Source of the DNA: Trichoplax adhaerens | Taxonomy: Eukaryota > Animalia > Placozoa | Assembly (NCBI RefSeq): GCF_000150275.1 | Contig: NW_002060949.1 | Location: 30,672-94,671, forward strand | Direction: 5' to 3' | DNA length: 64,000 nt | Shown here: positions 24,657 through 38,900 of the stretch, in pieces | How the letters are laid out: each line of letters begins with the position of its first letter | Position numbering within the stretch: the first letter of the stretch is position 1 | The notes under the pieces: generated by a model | What the model saw: only the letters and a program-made list of their open reading frames with translations | Told to the model about the DNA's origin: nothing | Database searches by the model: none | Program-made: the position numbers and the translations under genes

Positions 24657-26213
24657 TTATTACAAACTACTGCAGTCCTTTTTACTATCGAATGATTGAC
24701 CGCTAGTATTGAAATACCAGCATGCCGTATTTCAATAGGCTGTTTAACGGTAAAGAATATCTTGTACTTAACATCATTTTCATGGTCGTCATATTCAAAG
24801 CAGATTAAGCTAAGTAAACAAGTTATATACGTTATCTTGCAAGAATGAAAGAGAATTTATTAAAATTAGAAAATGTGACTATTCATTTTCTGATTGAACT
24901 ATAAGTAGCCTGTAATATATATTACTAGTTACAAACGAGCTATCAGGAGCTGTGATGCGGATTGTAACAAATTTTGTCCGGATACTGTTGCATTTTATGT
25001 ACTATGATCGTCATCTATTAAATTGTACCCTAGCGCTGATACTAATACTATTATTTCTATTTTCTACTACCTCAATGACTGCTAGTGAGGCGGGGTTCGT
25101 GATATTTTTATGAACGATACCACCCGAATCATGAGTCAAAGTAGACAAATAACACTGTGTATGCGCTAAGTCGCGCCGAATGGTTAGGATGTAGAGTTGA
25201 CGTATAATGTACATTGTGTATGCCAGTCACTGCAGTATTTTGGTGAAGATATCATTTCCCCTTTCATTGATAGTGCATAGTCTTACAATTTGTGGCTGTG
25301 AGACTCATATTGTATACAATATGTAATATGCAGATTAACCCTACTCTGTGACTGACTAGATAGATATTTAAACTTGTTGATTCGTTTAAACGTAACATCG
25401 AAATCCTTCTATTTCCTATCTCCGAGACTATCGAAGAAATGTAAATGACGGTGTACTGTATTGATTTTCGATTGCTTTCCTAAACTAGAATTTCAATTTC
25501 GAAGGTTAACATTATCATTACATTCGTACTTGTATTATGCATTAGTGCAGTCTCCATTATTATAAAATTTCTCTTAATTAAGTTGAGAATTTAGAGTTAA
25601 TTATTTCATCGGATGTACAATTGTACAATAAATAAATTTGACATTATACAGTGACGCCTTTTCTCTCTCAATATTATAGTAAGACTATGTGAAACTAAAG
25701 TTACGTTCTATCCGAAGCGTATGGATATTGTATAATATTTCCTGCTAGCGTACAGTACATAAAGAATTATATTTATAGATAGTATGCACTGTAATATGTA
25801 CGCACACACACAAAATCTTTTTTTTAATAATACAAGTACTGTACGTCACTTTATTTCATTTTTGCTTCGTTTTACATGGTTTTTTAGGTGCTTAGCGTGT
25901 TTTCAACATGATATATACTTTCAATGTCAGATACTGCGCAATACAACTTTATACAGTATAAGCAAGTAGAAAATGGAGCATTTATGCCATTCACATTACA
26001 TATTTTATACACTATGTTATGCTATACTCTTTTTATGAGTAGCTGCTTCTATCAGGTCCATACTTACGCTCACACATTTCAGATAAGATAGTACAGTATT
26101 ATTAGCTTTCTGCGTACTATTTTAGATACATTTTCTATACTAATTTGTAGTTCATTGCTTATAACTGTAAAGCGCACACACATCTGTAAAAGTGAGATGC
26201 GTAACAGGGACAG

Positions 26214-26445
26214 TATACTCGTATATAGATATCGATTATTATATATCAATAATTATATAACGGAAGTTATATTGCTATAATCATTGAATTAATTAATAAA
26301 TTGGTTAATTCTTAAAAATCGAGGCACAGTATTATATACTCGTATGTAGATATAGATTATTATATATCAATAATTATAAAAAGGAAGTTACATTGCTATA
26401 ATCATTGAATTAATTAATAAACTGGTTAATTCTTAAAAATCGAGG
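26214..26445 (+). repeat. Tandem duplication, 2 x ~111 bp at 121-bp period
   Basis: TATACTCGTAT...CTTAAAAATCGAGG occurs at 26214-26324 and 26335-26445 with a handful of substitutions. Confidence 0.92.
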
Positions 26446-26992
26446 TGCAATATTCCCACGGTATATTGATAGTATCGCCGATTCCCTCACTAGGAGCACA
26501 GTATACAGTAGAGTACTGTATGCACGAGTCGGTTACAGACCACAACAGTATAGTATGTCAATATTTGTAACGAATGATAGGAACTGCTTACTGCCAACAC
26601 AGTGACTAGTTGTACAGTTCTAGGTATTGTACAGTACAGTGTACAGTACAGGGTGCTACAACCCTACGATACTGTACTGGACTGGACCGGACTGGACGCT
26701 GGGTCCTTGCGCACGTGTACTGTAGTTAAATTACACCAACCAGTTGATGTCCTCTCCGATCAAGATTGGAGTACTTACTTACCTGCAGTTATTCATAGCA
26801 ATACTCCCTTCATCATTCATTCTGGAAAGCCGGCTATTTTGCAATTTAGCCTGACATTCCTGTGAATGAGTTAGAAACTGATTGAATTGGTGCATGTGTA
26901 AATGGTGTTGCTTTATCGACTGCTGTACTGATAGCATTCCCGGAGAAATTACGTCATCATATTGGAATTGATTGATTGGAAAGAGAGTCAAG

Positions 26993-29900
26993 ATGGATAC
27001 AGCTAATTTTTTTATCAACCTCACCAAATTATCATCATGGTGTGAGAAGATTGGAGTAGATGAAGATATCATGTTGCCAGTAAGGCAATATGGAAGTAAT
27101 CTTGTGAGTATCTTGAAATTACCTGTCTGCTATAGCTTATATTGGATCTTAAAACGAATTTGCACAACTTTGAAGCAGTCACTCATGTAATAGCTTACGG
27201 TGTTCTGCTAAATTTTACTCGTTGAACTAGAAATTAGAGCACTAAGCACAATATAGACCCGTACAGTATGTAAGTACAACGAAGGAACCAAGGCATGTTC
27301 CACGAAGTATATATGCTATACAGTACAATGTACCTAATAAAGGTATTTTCTATAACGATCACTCTGTTGACGTTTGGCAGAATTGAGGTGCAAAATAAGT
27401 AATAAATAGCTAGGTCAAATCTAATACACGTTGACCGATCAAGTTATTGCATGCATATTTGCACAGTATCATGTACCCGTACGAGTACCAGTACAACTAT
27501 GCTTGATTTAAATCCTAAACTAGACAACTGTACTACTGTATACATATCTAAATCGATTTTGCCATTCAAAGTCATTTATAGTTTAACAACTTGAGACCGC
27601 CTGGCTTTTATAGCTTACTAGTAGCTATATTTATATAAAATAAAACCTACTATCAACCTTAAAACCGTGTTGTGCACGTTGACTGGATATGCTTGATGGA
27701 TATCCAATTCAGCAATCGAAATAGTTACTTCATTGCTGGTCTGATATAAAGCAGAAATTTTCTACGGTAATATAGGTGCTCACTTTAATATACAATATCT
27801 AAGATCGATTGCATTTATGCTCAATGTGTAATTAAGTATTTTAAAGTTATTAGTCTTTTATGCTTTTACTGAATACTACGGCTAAGAAATTGAATGAATA
27901 TCAACGTCATGCAGCATATACACACATAATACGCATATGCTTGATGGTATACGGTCCAGCAGTAAAAGCATTTACTGCGACAGCATAGTATTGTGCTGTA
28001 TATAGTACAAATTAATGTGATGGGTAGAATCGATTTCTGGTTACACACCGTTTGTAGCATTACCTTGCAACTACTGGACATGCTTGAACTCCACGAAATA
28101 CTCAATCAATTGATTATATACCCGTATGTAATTATTTATTGAATATATATTGTGGATTCGTGTACCCAATTTCGGGTCAAGTATCGCCACTACTGAAAGT
28201 TATCTCAGCTAACGCGCATTTTATCGACATTTTAAACTACAAAAACTAATTGAACTTAAAAAAGTTCATTTATTTTGCTCTGCTTTCGTATATTTAGCTC
28301 AACAATGAAAATGCTAATAATTGAATGAATAAGCTAATACTGTAGAAAATATATATCACATAATTATAATTTTAAGAGTGCTTGATACCATAAAAGACAT
28401 TCATTGCCACTAGATTGCGAATTATGAGTAAAATTCCAACTTATATATCATCAGTAATTATAATTGACGCCTTAAATTAAACTTTTTAATTGTATCGGTG
28501 TACTAAACCATGGCTTTTTTTGTTCTAGGACGTCCAACTTTTACTCGATAAAGTTGCTGATATGTTACTGGACACAAAATTAACTTTACATGTTGCTTCA
28601 GCTTTTCGTGCGATTATCCTTGACTTGATCGAAAGATGTAATCGGCGTTGCCCTAAGTCGCAAGAATTCAATTGGCTATGGCATCAGCATTTTTCTTATT
28701 GCCTGAGTCGAATTTTACCACAGACTCCACGTATTCTTCCGTAAGCTATTAATACTGTACAGAGACATATTACTTACAATATGGATGATTATGTCATAAC
28801 AACTTCAGTCTAAAATCCTTCAGTACTGTACTAAGATAAAATAATATTACATACACACACGATTAGACTACTTTGTGGTTATGATGATGTGTTCAATGCT
28901 ACATTATTCATTTCAGATTTGTTGTAAAATATCTAAAATCGAATCCACCTTTTTTTTATCAACTTTGTGAAAATAATAAGGTAAATTGTTAAGATCAGCT
29001 TAATTATCTAAAAAATTATATGTATGTACGTATATAATGATATTGCATCTATGTGATCTACCGTAATGTTTTTCTAACTATTTTTAACCCTTATTATGCA
29101 TTCTTGTAAATATCAACGCATTAGATGGATGATGAAGAATGTTGCATCATAGCGGAGACAGCATTTAGGTTATACAAATCTTACATTGGTTATTACTGAA
29201 AAGAATCAAAATTCATTCATGTCAATATAATTCTTTATTGGAACATTTTTATATAGACTTCTTCGATATTCGAGAGAAACTTTTGTACACTTTTACGATT
29301 GGTCCAAGTTTTTGCAACTTATCGATCATCCATGTTCAGACTTAAGATGGTATGTACGATTTTTGTGCGGCAACAGTCCTTAATGGGCCCAAATGTATAT
29401 TTCTATACAACTTAATGTTCGATGTATGGGAAATATTAACTGAATTAGCATTCGCATTGATAAATGTTCTTTCTAAGATATATTTCGATATGATAATGCA
29501 ATGAAATGTTACGGTATGCCGTAAATCTTATATTTTTAACTCTTTAATATTGGTTATAAGGTTAATTGCCCAATGTTATGCTATAACAACCAAATTAAAT
29601 AATGGCGCCTGCCGCAAATTTGTGAGCTCATTGGTGCCATCCGAAATTGATGATCGTCTCACTTTAAGGTACGTTCATATATTTTTATGGCTGTCACTGA
29701 CATGTACATAAACTGAATTCAACCGACATCAATGTGCAACTGTTTTATTATAATTTCCTATGTGGAAATATTTTATTCAGTTCTCATTATAATACTAAAA
29801 TTTCGTTTCATTTTTAGATTTCTCTATTGTGTGCCGTTCGAAAAAGAACTTTCGATGATTGATATAGTACTTGAAAAAGAAAGAGATTCAGAAAATAGTG

Positions 29901-32900
29901 TTGAAAATTTTTTGGAAATACCATCATCCTCTTTGGTAGATACTGTAGTTAACGTTTGCGGAGTTCTTTTACCAATCTGCTCAGCGAAAAGTAATGAGGT
30001 AAACGATAATACTAATTTACCTTATCAATTAACTATTCATCGTATGGGTGATATGGCTTGTCATAAGTGAACATGGTATTTGCTTACATTAGGAAATATT
30101 CCAAACCAATCGTACAGTGCTCGTTGATACAACATCTCGAGTATTACAAATATTGGCATTAGCTATTTCTTCTGGTTCATCAATTTTACTTGAAGGTTAC
30201 GTAGGATCTGGTAAGACCATGATCATCGAATATTTAGCAAAAGTGACAGGACGCATAGGCCCACCCAATTTTATCAAAGTCCAAATGAGCGATCAAATGG
30301 ATAGTAAAGTAAGAACTCATAAAATAGTCTTTTAGCATTGTAATTTTGTCAACTCCTGGACGCGTATATATTAAATTTTTTGATCCGGGATTGCGACTGT
30401 AATATGTATATGTTGCGTATCATAAAGTCTCTATTAGGTGCGTATTGTTGTACTAACGTACCTGGAGAATTTGTATGGAGGCCCGGTGCTTTAACTCGTG
30501 TAAGCATATAATGCCTTATCGTCTTTAATCTGTCAGCTTCTGTTAAGGCTTAGGGTAACATCATGCTTGATAGCGTTAACTAGATGCTATAAAAATTAAA
30601 GACAGTTTCCTTTTTCAGGCGGTGCAAGAAGGATATTGGCTTCTCTTAGAAGATATTGATTGTGCTCCAATGGATGTTGTAAGCTTTCGGTTCAAGTTGA
30701 AATATTTCTCTTAACATAGAGTAGCTGTTTTAATTTAATCGATTTTTATTGCCTTATTCTATCAAAGATTTCGATTCTGCTTCCATTGCTTGAGACCGGC
30801 CGCTTAACTATTTTAGAACAAAATGCAGTAATTAGAGTACATCCTGACTTTCGACTCTTTGCGACATACAGGTTAGCATAGATATGTCACGGCTAATTGA
30901 AAGGTTACTGGGATTGGCTTAATTGTTTTATACTATATAGATTGCCACTAGATGAGAAAGAAGGTTACACCCCGAATATGTACAGCGAATTTACATTACT
31001 CTGTTTGTACTTGACAAGAGTCCATCTGCCAAGTTTAACTGATATTGAGTTAATGAAGGTATATATCGTGTGTATAGAATAACATTTCGATTATAGAATG
31101 TATCTTTATTCATGTCTCTCGTTAGGTATGCACCGCTTTTGAATGTAAAAATACTCTTACGTTATTGCTGCTTAAGGTGGCTACCATCCGATTTCCTAAT
31201 ATAACCACCATCCTTAAGAAGATTCTAGAGGTTTACGAAATACTAAGAGAGGAAAAACGCAATCTAAGTGGTAGTTATTTCTGCGGTAGTACACGATTAT
31301 TATCTACGAGGTATATGTGCATTTTTAAAATGAACGAATTTGAGATTGCTGCACCCTATGTTATTGTTAAATGGAAGAAATGCAGAGGTTTTGCAATAAC
31401 TCATAGACTTATTCTATCCTATATGTAGAGATTTCATGAAATGTTGCAATCGAATAGCATCAGCTATACAATCTTATTCTTGGTCCGGCATTGAAGCTGT
31501 TGAAATTTTTCAGGAGGTGTGCAAACAAATTCGCCAAAAATAGTTTATTCTCCAGTTATAATTCTACTTTTTCGGTAGGTGTACGACTGCTTCTGTTCTG
31601 CTGTCGCTGCACGCGACGAAAGGTTGCTGATATTGCATACGATTGGAGGAAAATTCGGATTATCAAAAGATAAAGTACGCTACACAGTTCGATACTTGGA
31701 CACAATACAGCTATAGCATTCTTTGTATTTCGTCATTTAAAAGTTAATAAGAATATTAATATTTTAAATGTTATAGGTAGAATACATATTCCGTAAATAT
31801 AAACCGCAAATACAAAGTAATTCGGACTCAATAACTATCGGTAATACTATTATTGGCAAAGTTAGAAGCAAGCGTAATTTGTTATCATGGTAAGTTAGCA
31901 CTTACTAAGCTATGGAACCTCATTAGGAAAATAGTAAATTTTTGGTAGATTGGCATCTTTAATGGCTATTGTTGGCTAAGATCTTTTAATTCGATGTAAT
32001 ACGTTGTAGGAATGATGTTAACATTAAAAGATTTTCATTTACAAGACAAGCATGCATTCTGTTGGAACGTATTACAAAGTGCATTAAACTGCAGGAACCA
32101 GTTCTTCTAGTTGGTGAGACTGGTACTGGTAAAACAAGTACTATTCAATTTCTAGCTCGAGAATTAGGTAAGATCATTAGTGCTTCTACTAATTGTGTAG
32201 GCTCACAGTAAGTAATTTTGTATATATTCGTTGCTATTAAACCCTTAGGTCACAAATTAACTGTCATTAATATGAGTCAGCAAAGTGATACCGTTGATTT
32301 ATTAGGCGGGTAGGTCTACAGTTACTTTATTGTATAATATGATTGAATTATGCCATTATGATAAATTAATGATTTAATTTCAAATTAGATTTAAGCCTGC
32401 CGAATTAAGATATGTAATTACCCCATTCCGTCAAAAGTTTGAGACCTTATTTTGCCAAACCTTCTCAAAGAAGCAGAATATAAAATTTCTTGGCCATATT
32501 CAAGTGAGTTGCTATCATTGAGCCTTCCAACTAACGCTGTTAATCATAAGACAACTATGTAAAATTTTATCTTAGGAATCATTTAGACGCCAAGAATGGA
32601 ATGCAATTTTAAAACTTTGCGAACACGCTATAGTTTCTGCTATAACAAAATTAGGTATATTATAATTAAGCAGTATGTAGGGATTTCCCAATGATTAAAT
32701 GTAATGTGCTATACATCATTAATCTAGCAGATACTAGCCATAAAGATACTTTAAGAAGTAATTGGGTCGAACTAAAAAGCGAAATAGATACACTGAAAAA
32801 GCAGATTAAATTCGTTGAAAGTGCGCTGCTATTCTCCTTTAAAGAAGTAGGTCGAAAAAGATGTATGCTTAATTAATTTATTTCCGGGCCATTAATTTCC

Positions 32901-35900
32901 TAAACTGATTGATTTTATTGTAGGGCGCCTTAACAGAAGCCTTAAAAAATGGTGAATGGATATTATTAGATGAAATTAACTTGGCTTCATCTGAAACGCT
33001 AGAGTGCTTAAATAGCATATTGGAAAGCAAATTTGGTTCTATTGCTTTGACAGAGAAAGGAGATATAATGCCTGTCCTGAGACAAGAAGGATTTCATTTA
33101 TTTGCTTGTATGAATCCCGCTAACGATATTGGTAAAAAGGACATCCCTACTGGTATTAGGAACAGATTCACAGAAGTATTTGTTGATGAGTTATTACACG
33201 AGAATGACCTAAAGATATTAGTTACAGATTATATGGAAGGTTTAGCGCTATCTGGCTTACAAATTGATGGTATAATAAAGTTTTATCTGCAAGCTAGAAA
33301 ATTATCGGAAGTTTCTTTAAGTGATGGAACTGGACGTAGGCCTAATTTTACTCTTAGAACTTTATGTAGGGCATTAAACCTAGCATCAACTAACCCCTGT
33401 GGGACTAGTATTAGATCCTTGTACGAATGTTTTTGCGTAAGCTTTCTGACACAGCTGGATGCGCCTTCTCACGACATTGTTGAATCTTTGATCAGATCTT
33501 GCATTGTAAATACTAATTCCACCACAAGTATAAAGAATTCCGTGTTACAGATACCTCTGCCCCAGCCTCATGCTAGCAAGAATGTTCCGATTGAAGGATA
33601 TTGGATCGATGCCGGAGAAAAAATTAAAAAAATCGATGAAAATTATATTATGACTCCAACTGTAAAGCAGCACTTGAAAGACCTTGCTAGAATAGTTTCT
33701 CTAAGTTACTTCCCTATACTATTACAGGGTGAAACTTCCGTTGGTAAAACAAGTCTTGTACATTGGCTAGCTGAGGCTACAGGTAATCATTGTGTACGTA
33801 TTAATAATCATGAACATACCGATCTACAAGAATATATTGGATGTTACACTGCCAATGAGAATGGCAAACTATATTTTAAGGAAGGTATTCTGCCCATGGC
33901 TATGCGTAAAGGCTATTGGATTATATTGGATGAATTAAATCTCGCTCCAAGTGATGTATTAGAAGCTCTTAATCGAGTTTTAGATGATAACCGAGAACTT
34001 TTTATCACTGAAACACAGGAAGTAGTTCCAGCCCACCATCGGTTCAGAATTTTTGCTACGCAAAATCCTGCTGGTCATTACGGTGGAAGAAAGATTTTAT
34101 CGAGAGCCTTTAGAAATCGTTTTATTGAATTACACTATGACGAAATTCCATCAAAAGAATTAATAACAATACTATGTGAACGTTGCAAACTTCCGGAATC
34201 GTATGGTCAGAAGCTTGTCAAAGTAATGCATAATCTACAGACACTTCGATGCCAGTCTAATGTTTTTGCTGGTAAAAGAGGCTTTATCACATTACGAGAT
34301 TTGTTCCGTTGGGCTGAACGTTATCGCAATGCTGAAAGAAGTGATGAAAAAAAATTTTATGACTGGGATCAGCACCTGGCCGACGAAGGTTATATGCTGT
34401 TAGCAGGTAGAGTGCGCTGCGAAAGTGAAGAGCAAGTCATTATAGATGTTATCAAAAAGCACTTTAAAAGAGAAATTAACCCGGAATTACTATATGGATC
34501 AAATAATGAACGAATGCTTACTACTTCAACGCATTGGTCGGATACTACACGTACATCATTAAATGCTATTATGTCTTTACAGGATGGCTATACGGAGACA
34601 CCACGTGTTGTACTAACCCATAATTTTCGAAGGCTCGCTGTTCTTGTTAGCCGTGCTTTGAGTTTTGGTGAACCTGTATTACTAGTAGGTGAAACTGGCT
34701 GCGGTAAAACGACTGTTTGTCAGGTATTTGCAGAATTATATAGGCAGGAATTGTTCACTGTCAATTGCCACATGCACACCGATACCGCTGATTTTATTGG
34801 TAACTTACGACCATTACGTCAGTGCGATACCACTGAAAGTGCAGATTCCAAAAATAGCATACTTTTTAAATGGTATGATGGTCCGCTAGTGACGGCTATG
34901 CAATCTGGAGGTATGTTTCTTATTGATGAGATATCCTTAGCTGATGATTCGGTGCTTGAAAGGTTGAATAGTGTCTTAGAGTCTGATAAGAGACTCTTAG
35001 TTTTAGCGGAAAAGGGGGCCACAAATGCTTCCTTAACTGATGAAGTTGAGCAGATTATCGCCCACCCTAAATTTAAAGTTGTCGCTACAATGAACCCTAG
35101 CGGTGACTATGGTAAGAAGGAGTTATCTCCAGCCCTTCGCAATCGATTTACAGAGATTTGGTGCCCAGTAACTAGTATTCGTCACGACTTAATGATGATT
35201 ATCGAAAATAACTTAACGTTACCTACTAGCAGCGATGAAAAGAGATTAATAGGCCAAAATATCTTGAACTTTATTGATTGGTTTTCGAAATCAAAGTTAA
35301 TTAATAACTTCGTATTTAGTATAAGGGATTTACTATCGTGGACTAATTTTATTAATGTATGTACTGCTAAATATGAAATGAATTCTTGCTTATCATACAT
35401 ACATGGGGCTTGTCTGGTTTTTATCGATGGTCTTGGTTCTGGCAGTGGATTGACCAATAATACTGCGTCTATTTCAAATAGCAGACAGAGTTGTTTTGAC
35501 TTCATTATTAATCAAATTGCTAATACTAGTATCTATAATAACATACAGATTCAAGTAAACAAGATAGTCGGTAGTCAACCGAAAAATTTGATTATCAATT
35601 CATCACCCGAAATGTTTTCAATTGAATATTTTTCAATATCGAAAGGAAGTAAATATAGCTATGATAGCTTTAATTATGCAATAGAAGCTCCAACAACTAT
35701 ATTCAATGCGTTACGACTTCTGCGAGGATTGCAGCTAAATAAACCTATCCTACTAGAGGGCTCACCGGGTGTTGGTAAAACCAGCTTAGTAACAGCCCTT
35801 GCTAAAGCAACCCTTAATGAAGTAGTAAGGATAAATCTGTCTGAGCAAACCGATATTACTGATTTATTTGGCTGTGATCTTCCAGTTGAGGGTGGCAATA

Positions 35901-38900
35901 GCGGTGAATTTAGGTGGAGAGATGGCCCATTCTTATCGGCGTTAAAAGCAGGCAAATGGATATTACTAGATGAATTAAATTTAGCCTCGCAACCAGTCTT
36001 AGAGGGTCTTAATGCTTGTTTCGATCACAGAGGAGAAGTCTTTATTCCAGAGCTAGGTCTGACCTTTAATGTCCAACCAAATACTCGAATCTTTGCTTGC
36101 CAAAATCCTCTTGGACAAGGTGGTGGTAGAAAAGGCCTTCCCAAATCATTTATCAATCGCTTTACTCAGGTGTATATCGATCCATTGACGGAACAGGACT
36201 ACTTATTTATTTGTAAAAGTACATATCCAACTTTAGATACTGATTTATTGCAGAAAATGATTACATTCAATTCTCTAATCTATAAAGAAGTCACGATTGA
36301 GCGTAAATGGGGTTTAACTGGTAATTTGTGGGAATTTAATTTAAGAGACTTGTTTCGCTGGTGCGAACTGTTGTATCGTTACCAAGAAATCGGTGAAGTA
36401 AACCCGGGACGCTTTGTTGAGTTAATTTATGCATCTAGAATGCGAACTGATGGTGATAGAGAAATGATATATAGATTATATAGTGAGTGCTTTTGTGATC
36501 AAGACAACCATTTGGATCCAAAGCTCCAGCTGTATAAATCTTGTCATCAATTTTGGCTGTCGTCTGACTTTGTTCAGCTTGGTTATACCTGTCTTCCGCG
36601 TCGCTTAATATCTGGCAATAACATTGAAAATAGGGAATACTACATTTTACAAAATATATTGCAGCCGCTAGAAGCTGTCGCAACGTGTATGGAGATGCAA
36701 TGGATGCCTATAATAATTGGCAATAGTAGATGTGGTAAAAGTTCTTTAGTAAGGATACTTTCCGAACTTACTGGTAACATCTTAAAAGTGCTTCCTGTAA
36801 ATAGTTCAATGGATACTACAGAATTGCTCGGAGGTTTCGAGCAGGTGTCAATAACGCGACATATAAAACAGTTAATAGAATCCATAGATAATCTGGTATT
36901 TTTATGCAGTAACAGATTTACATCGGAACAATTTAATCGAGATTCTGATATATCCAAGTTATTCTATAAGTGGCTGTCATTTAAGAATATATACGATAGT
37001 AACTTAGGGTTTGAAAATTCGTTTTGGCAAATAGTAGATTATCTGGACGATATCATAGATAACATAACGAAATCTTTTGAAGTATTTAGCTTTAATGATG
37101 ATCTACAAAAGATACCAAGAGAAATTCAAAAGGTTAAGAAAATGTATCAACAACATGCGAATAAACTAGGAGGTCAATTTGAATGGATTGAAAGCATTGT
37201 AGTTGAAGCCATGAAGAATGGTTACTGGCTTCTCATTGACAACGCTAGTTTTTGTAATGCGTCAGTACTAGATCGTCTTAATCCGCTACTGGAACCTAAC
37301 GGGTCTTTAGTAATTACCGAACGTGGCATGCTTGATGGTTCACTAGAAAACGTTCGACCACATCCTAATTTCCGAATCATTATGTGTGTTGACCCTAAGC
37401 ATGGAGATCTATCAAGGGCTATGAGAAATCGTGGTATTGAGATATTTCTTAATGATTCTTTTAGCGTCCAAGATATTCATACATTATGTAGAGCCACTGG
37501 ATTGCGCGATACTGCTATGTTAGATCTTATAGCGAAGCAAATGGTATCACTTGACGACGGTACAGGTCAGAATATGAAGTTAATAATGTTAAGATCATAT
37601 TAAGCGATTGGCGGTTACAAAAATCGTTAAAATATTGTTTCTTTTCATTAAAATAGTCAATTTTCGACAGACCATGTTATCTGAATCCCAGCTTGCAAGT
37701 AAGTATTATTCTCATGGCCTAATATGCAAAAACAATCCACGATTAAATTCTCCGGGACAACCTAACGCTAAGATTAAGGAGGGGGTGAGATCATTTGTTA
37801 TCATTCTGAGATTTGATTTACTAATGTATTGGTAGATGTGTCAGTATATTAACAATCGCTGTCATACAATTTCTTTATTCTTGTAGAAGACTATAGGCAT
37901 AACTGACATAGAATCGATAAATCGCCTAGATGATTCAAATGCAATTTTCATTCCGTCTGTTGCTGAATTGACTACTCATCCGATTTACGGATACGTTTTA
38001 TGGCAGGGATATCTATTGCAGTCATTATTGGTGAACACCGATGAAAGTAGCTTGACTCGTGATAAGCAAAATGCCATAAAGATATTTATTGAAAAAAGCT
38101 CGATGGCAGATTGGAAACTTCGTCGGAATTGGATATGTTACCTAAAAGGATATTTTAATGATTCTGCTATATTACATTACTTGAATTACGCCGAAAAGCT
38201 CTTAATTGATGTTTTCGAACATCCATATACACGGTGTCTTTACGACGAAATACCTGCCTTTCTTCCTTTTATACTCTCGGAGAAACATTTACCTAACGGC
38301 TTCTTTTCAAATATTGGCATCTCCAAAGAGGCAACAACTCAAATAGTTGCCCAGTGCTCATCTTCTTCAATTAATAAGAAAGCTATTCTTTTACAATTTA
38401 TACAAAATCATGCCCAAGAATTATGTGACTTCCGACGTTGCTGGAATGTTCACAAAACTAATAATTCTTTACTGTCATCATCGAAGCTTGCAAAGGAGGG
38501 GAAAATATCAATAATCGATTTGCCTCATCCAGTAATTGCTCATATAGAACCTTTGTTTCGAAATTTCGATAAATGCTTTCTTAATACAATTTGTAATGAG
38601 TCCTGGACTATTTCAGATAATGCTGCAGAAGAACTGTTAGATTGCCTAAATTGGCGAGCTAGATTATATCAGGAGTGTAATTTGCCCCTTGAAAAGTTCA
38701 AGATTCAAACTTTATCGTTGTTATGGAAATGGTTCAAGTCTAAGTGTTTAAACAAGCTTTCCTTTACTTATAATGCAACGATCGAAGGTGAATTACAAGT
38801 TGTAGTAGAGAAATTAAACAGTTACCTTGATTACAGCACTACGAAATTATTCAAAACTGCCGGTCTGAAAATCTTTCATAAACCAATGGCTTATAAAAGT

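Noticed and set aside
26214-26445. Repeat pair as a CRISPR-like array
   Set aside because: Only two long units with no repeat-spacer structure, in a eukaryotic context.
34931-34939. ATATCCTTA (also 41542 and antisense 36751) resembling U12 donors
   Set aside because: They lie inside continuous conserved MDN1 coding sequence or on its antisense strand.
34689-36957. Several antisense or alternate-frame ORFs inside MDN1 (also 42928-45874)
   Set aside because: Shadow ORFs of a long conserved coding exon with no independent signals.
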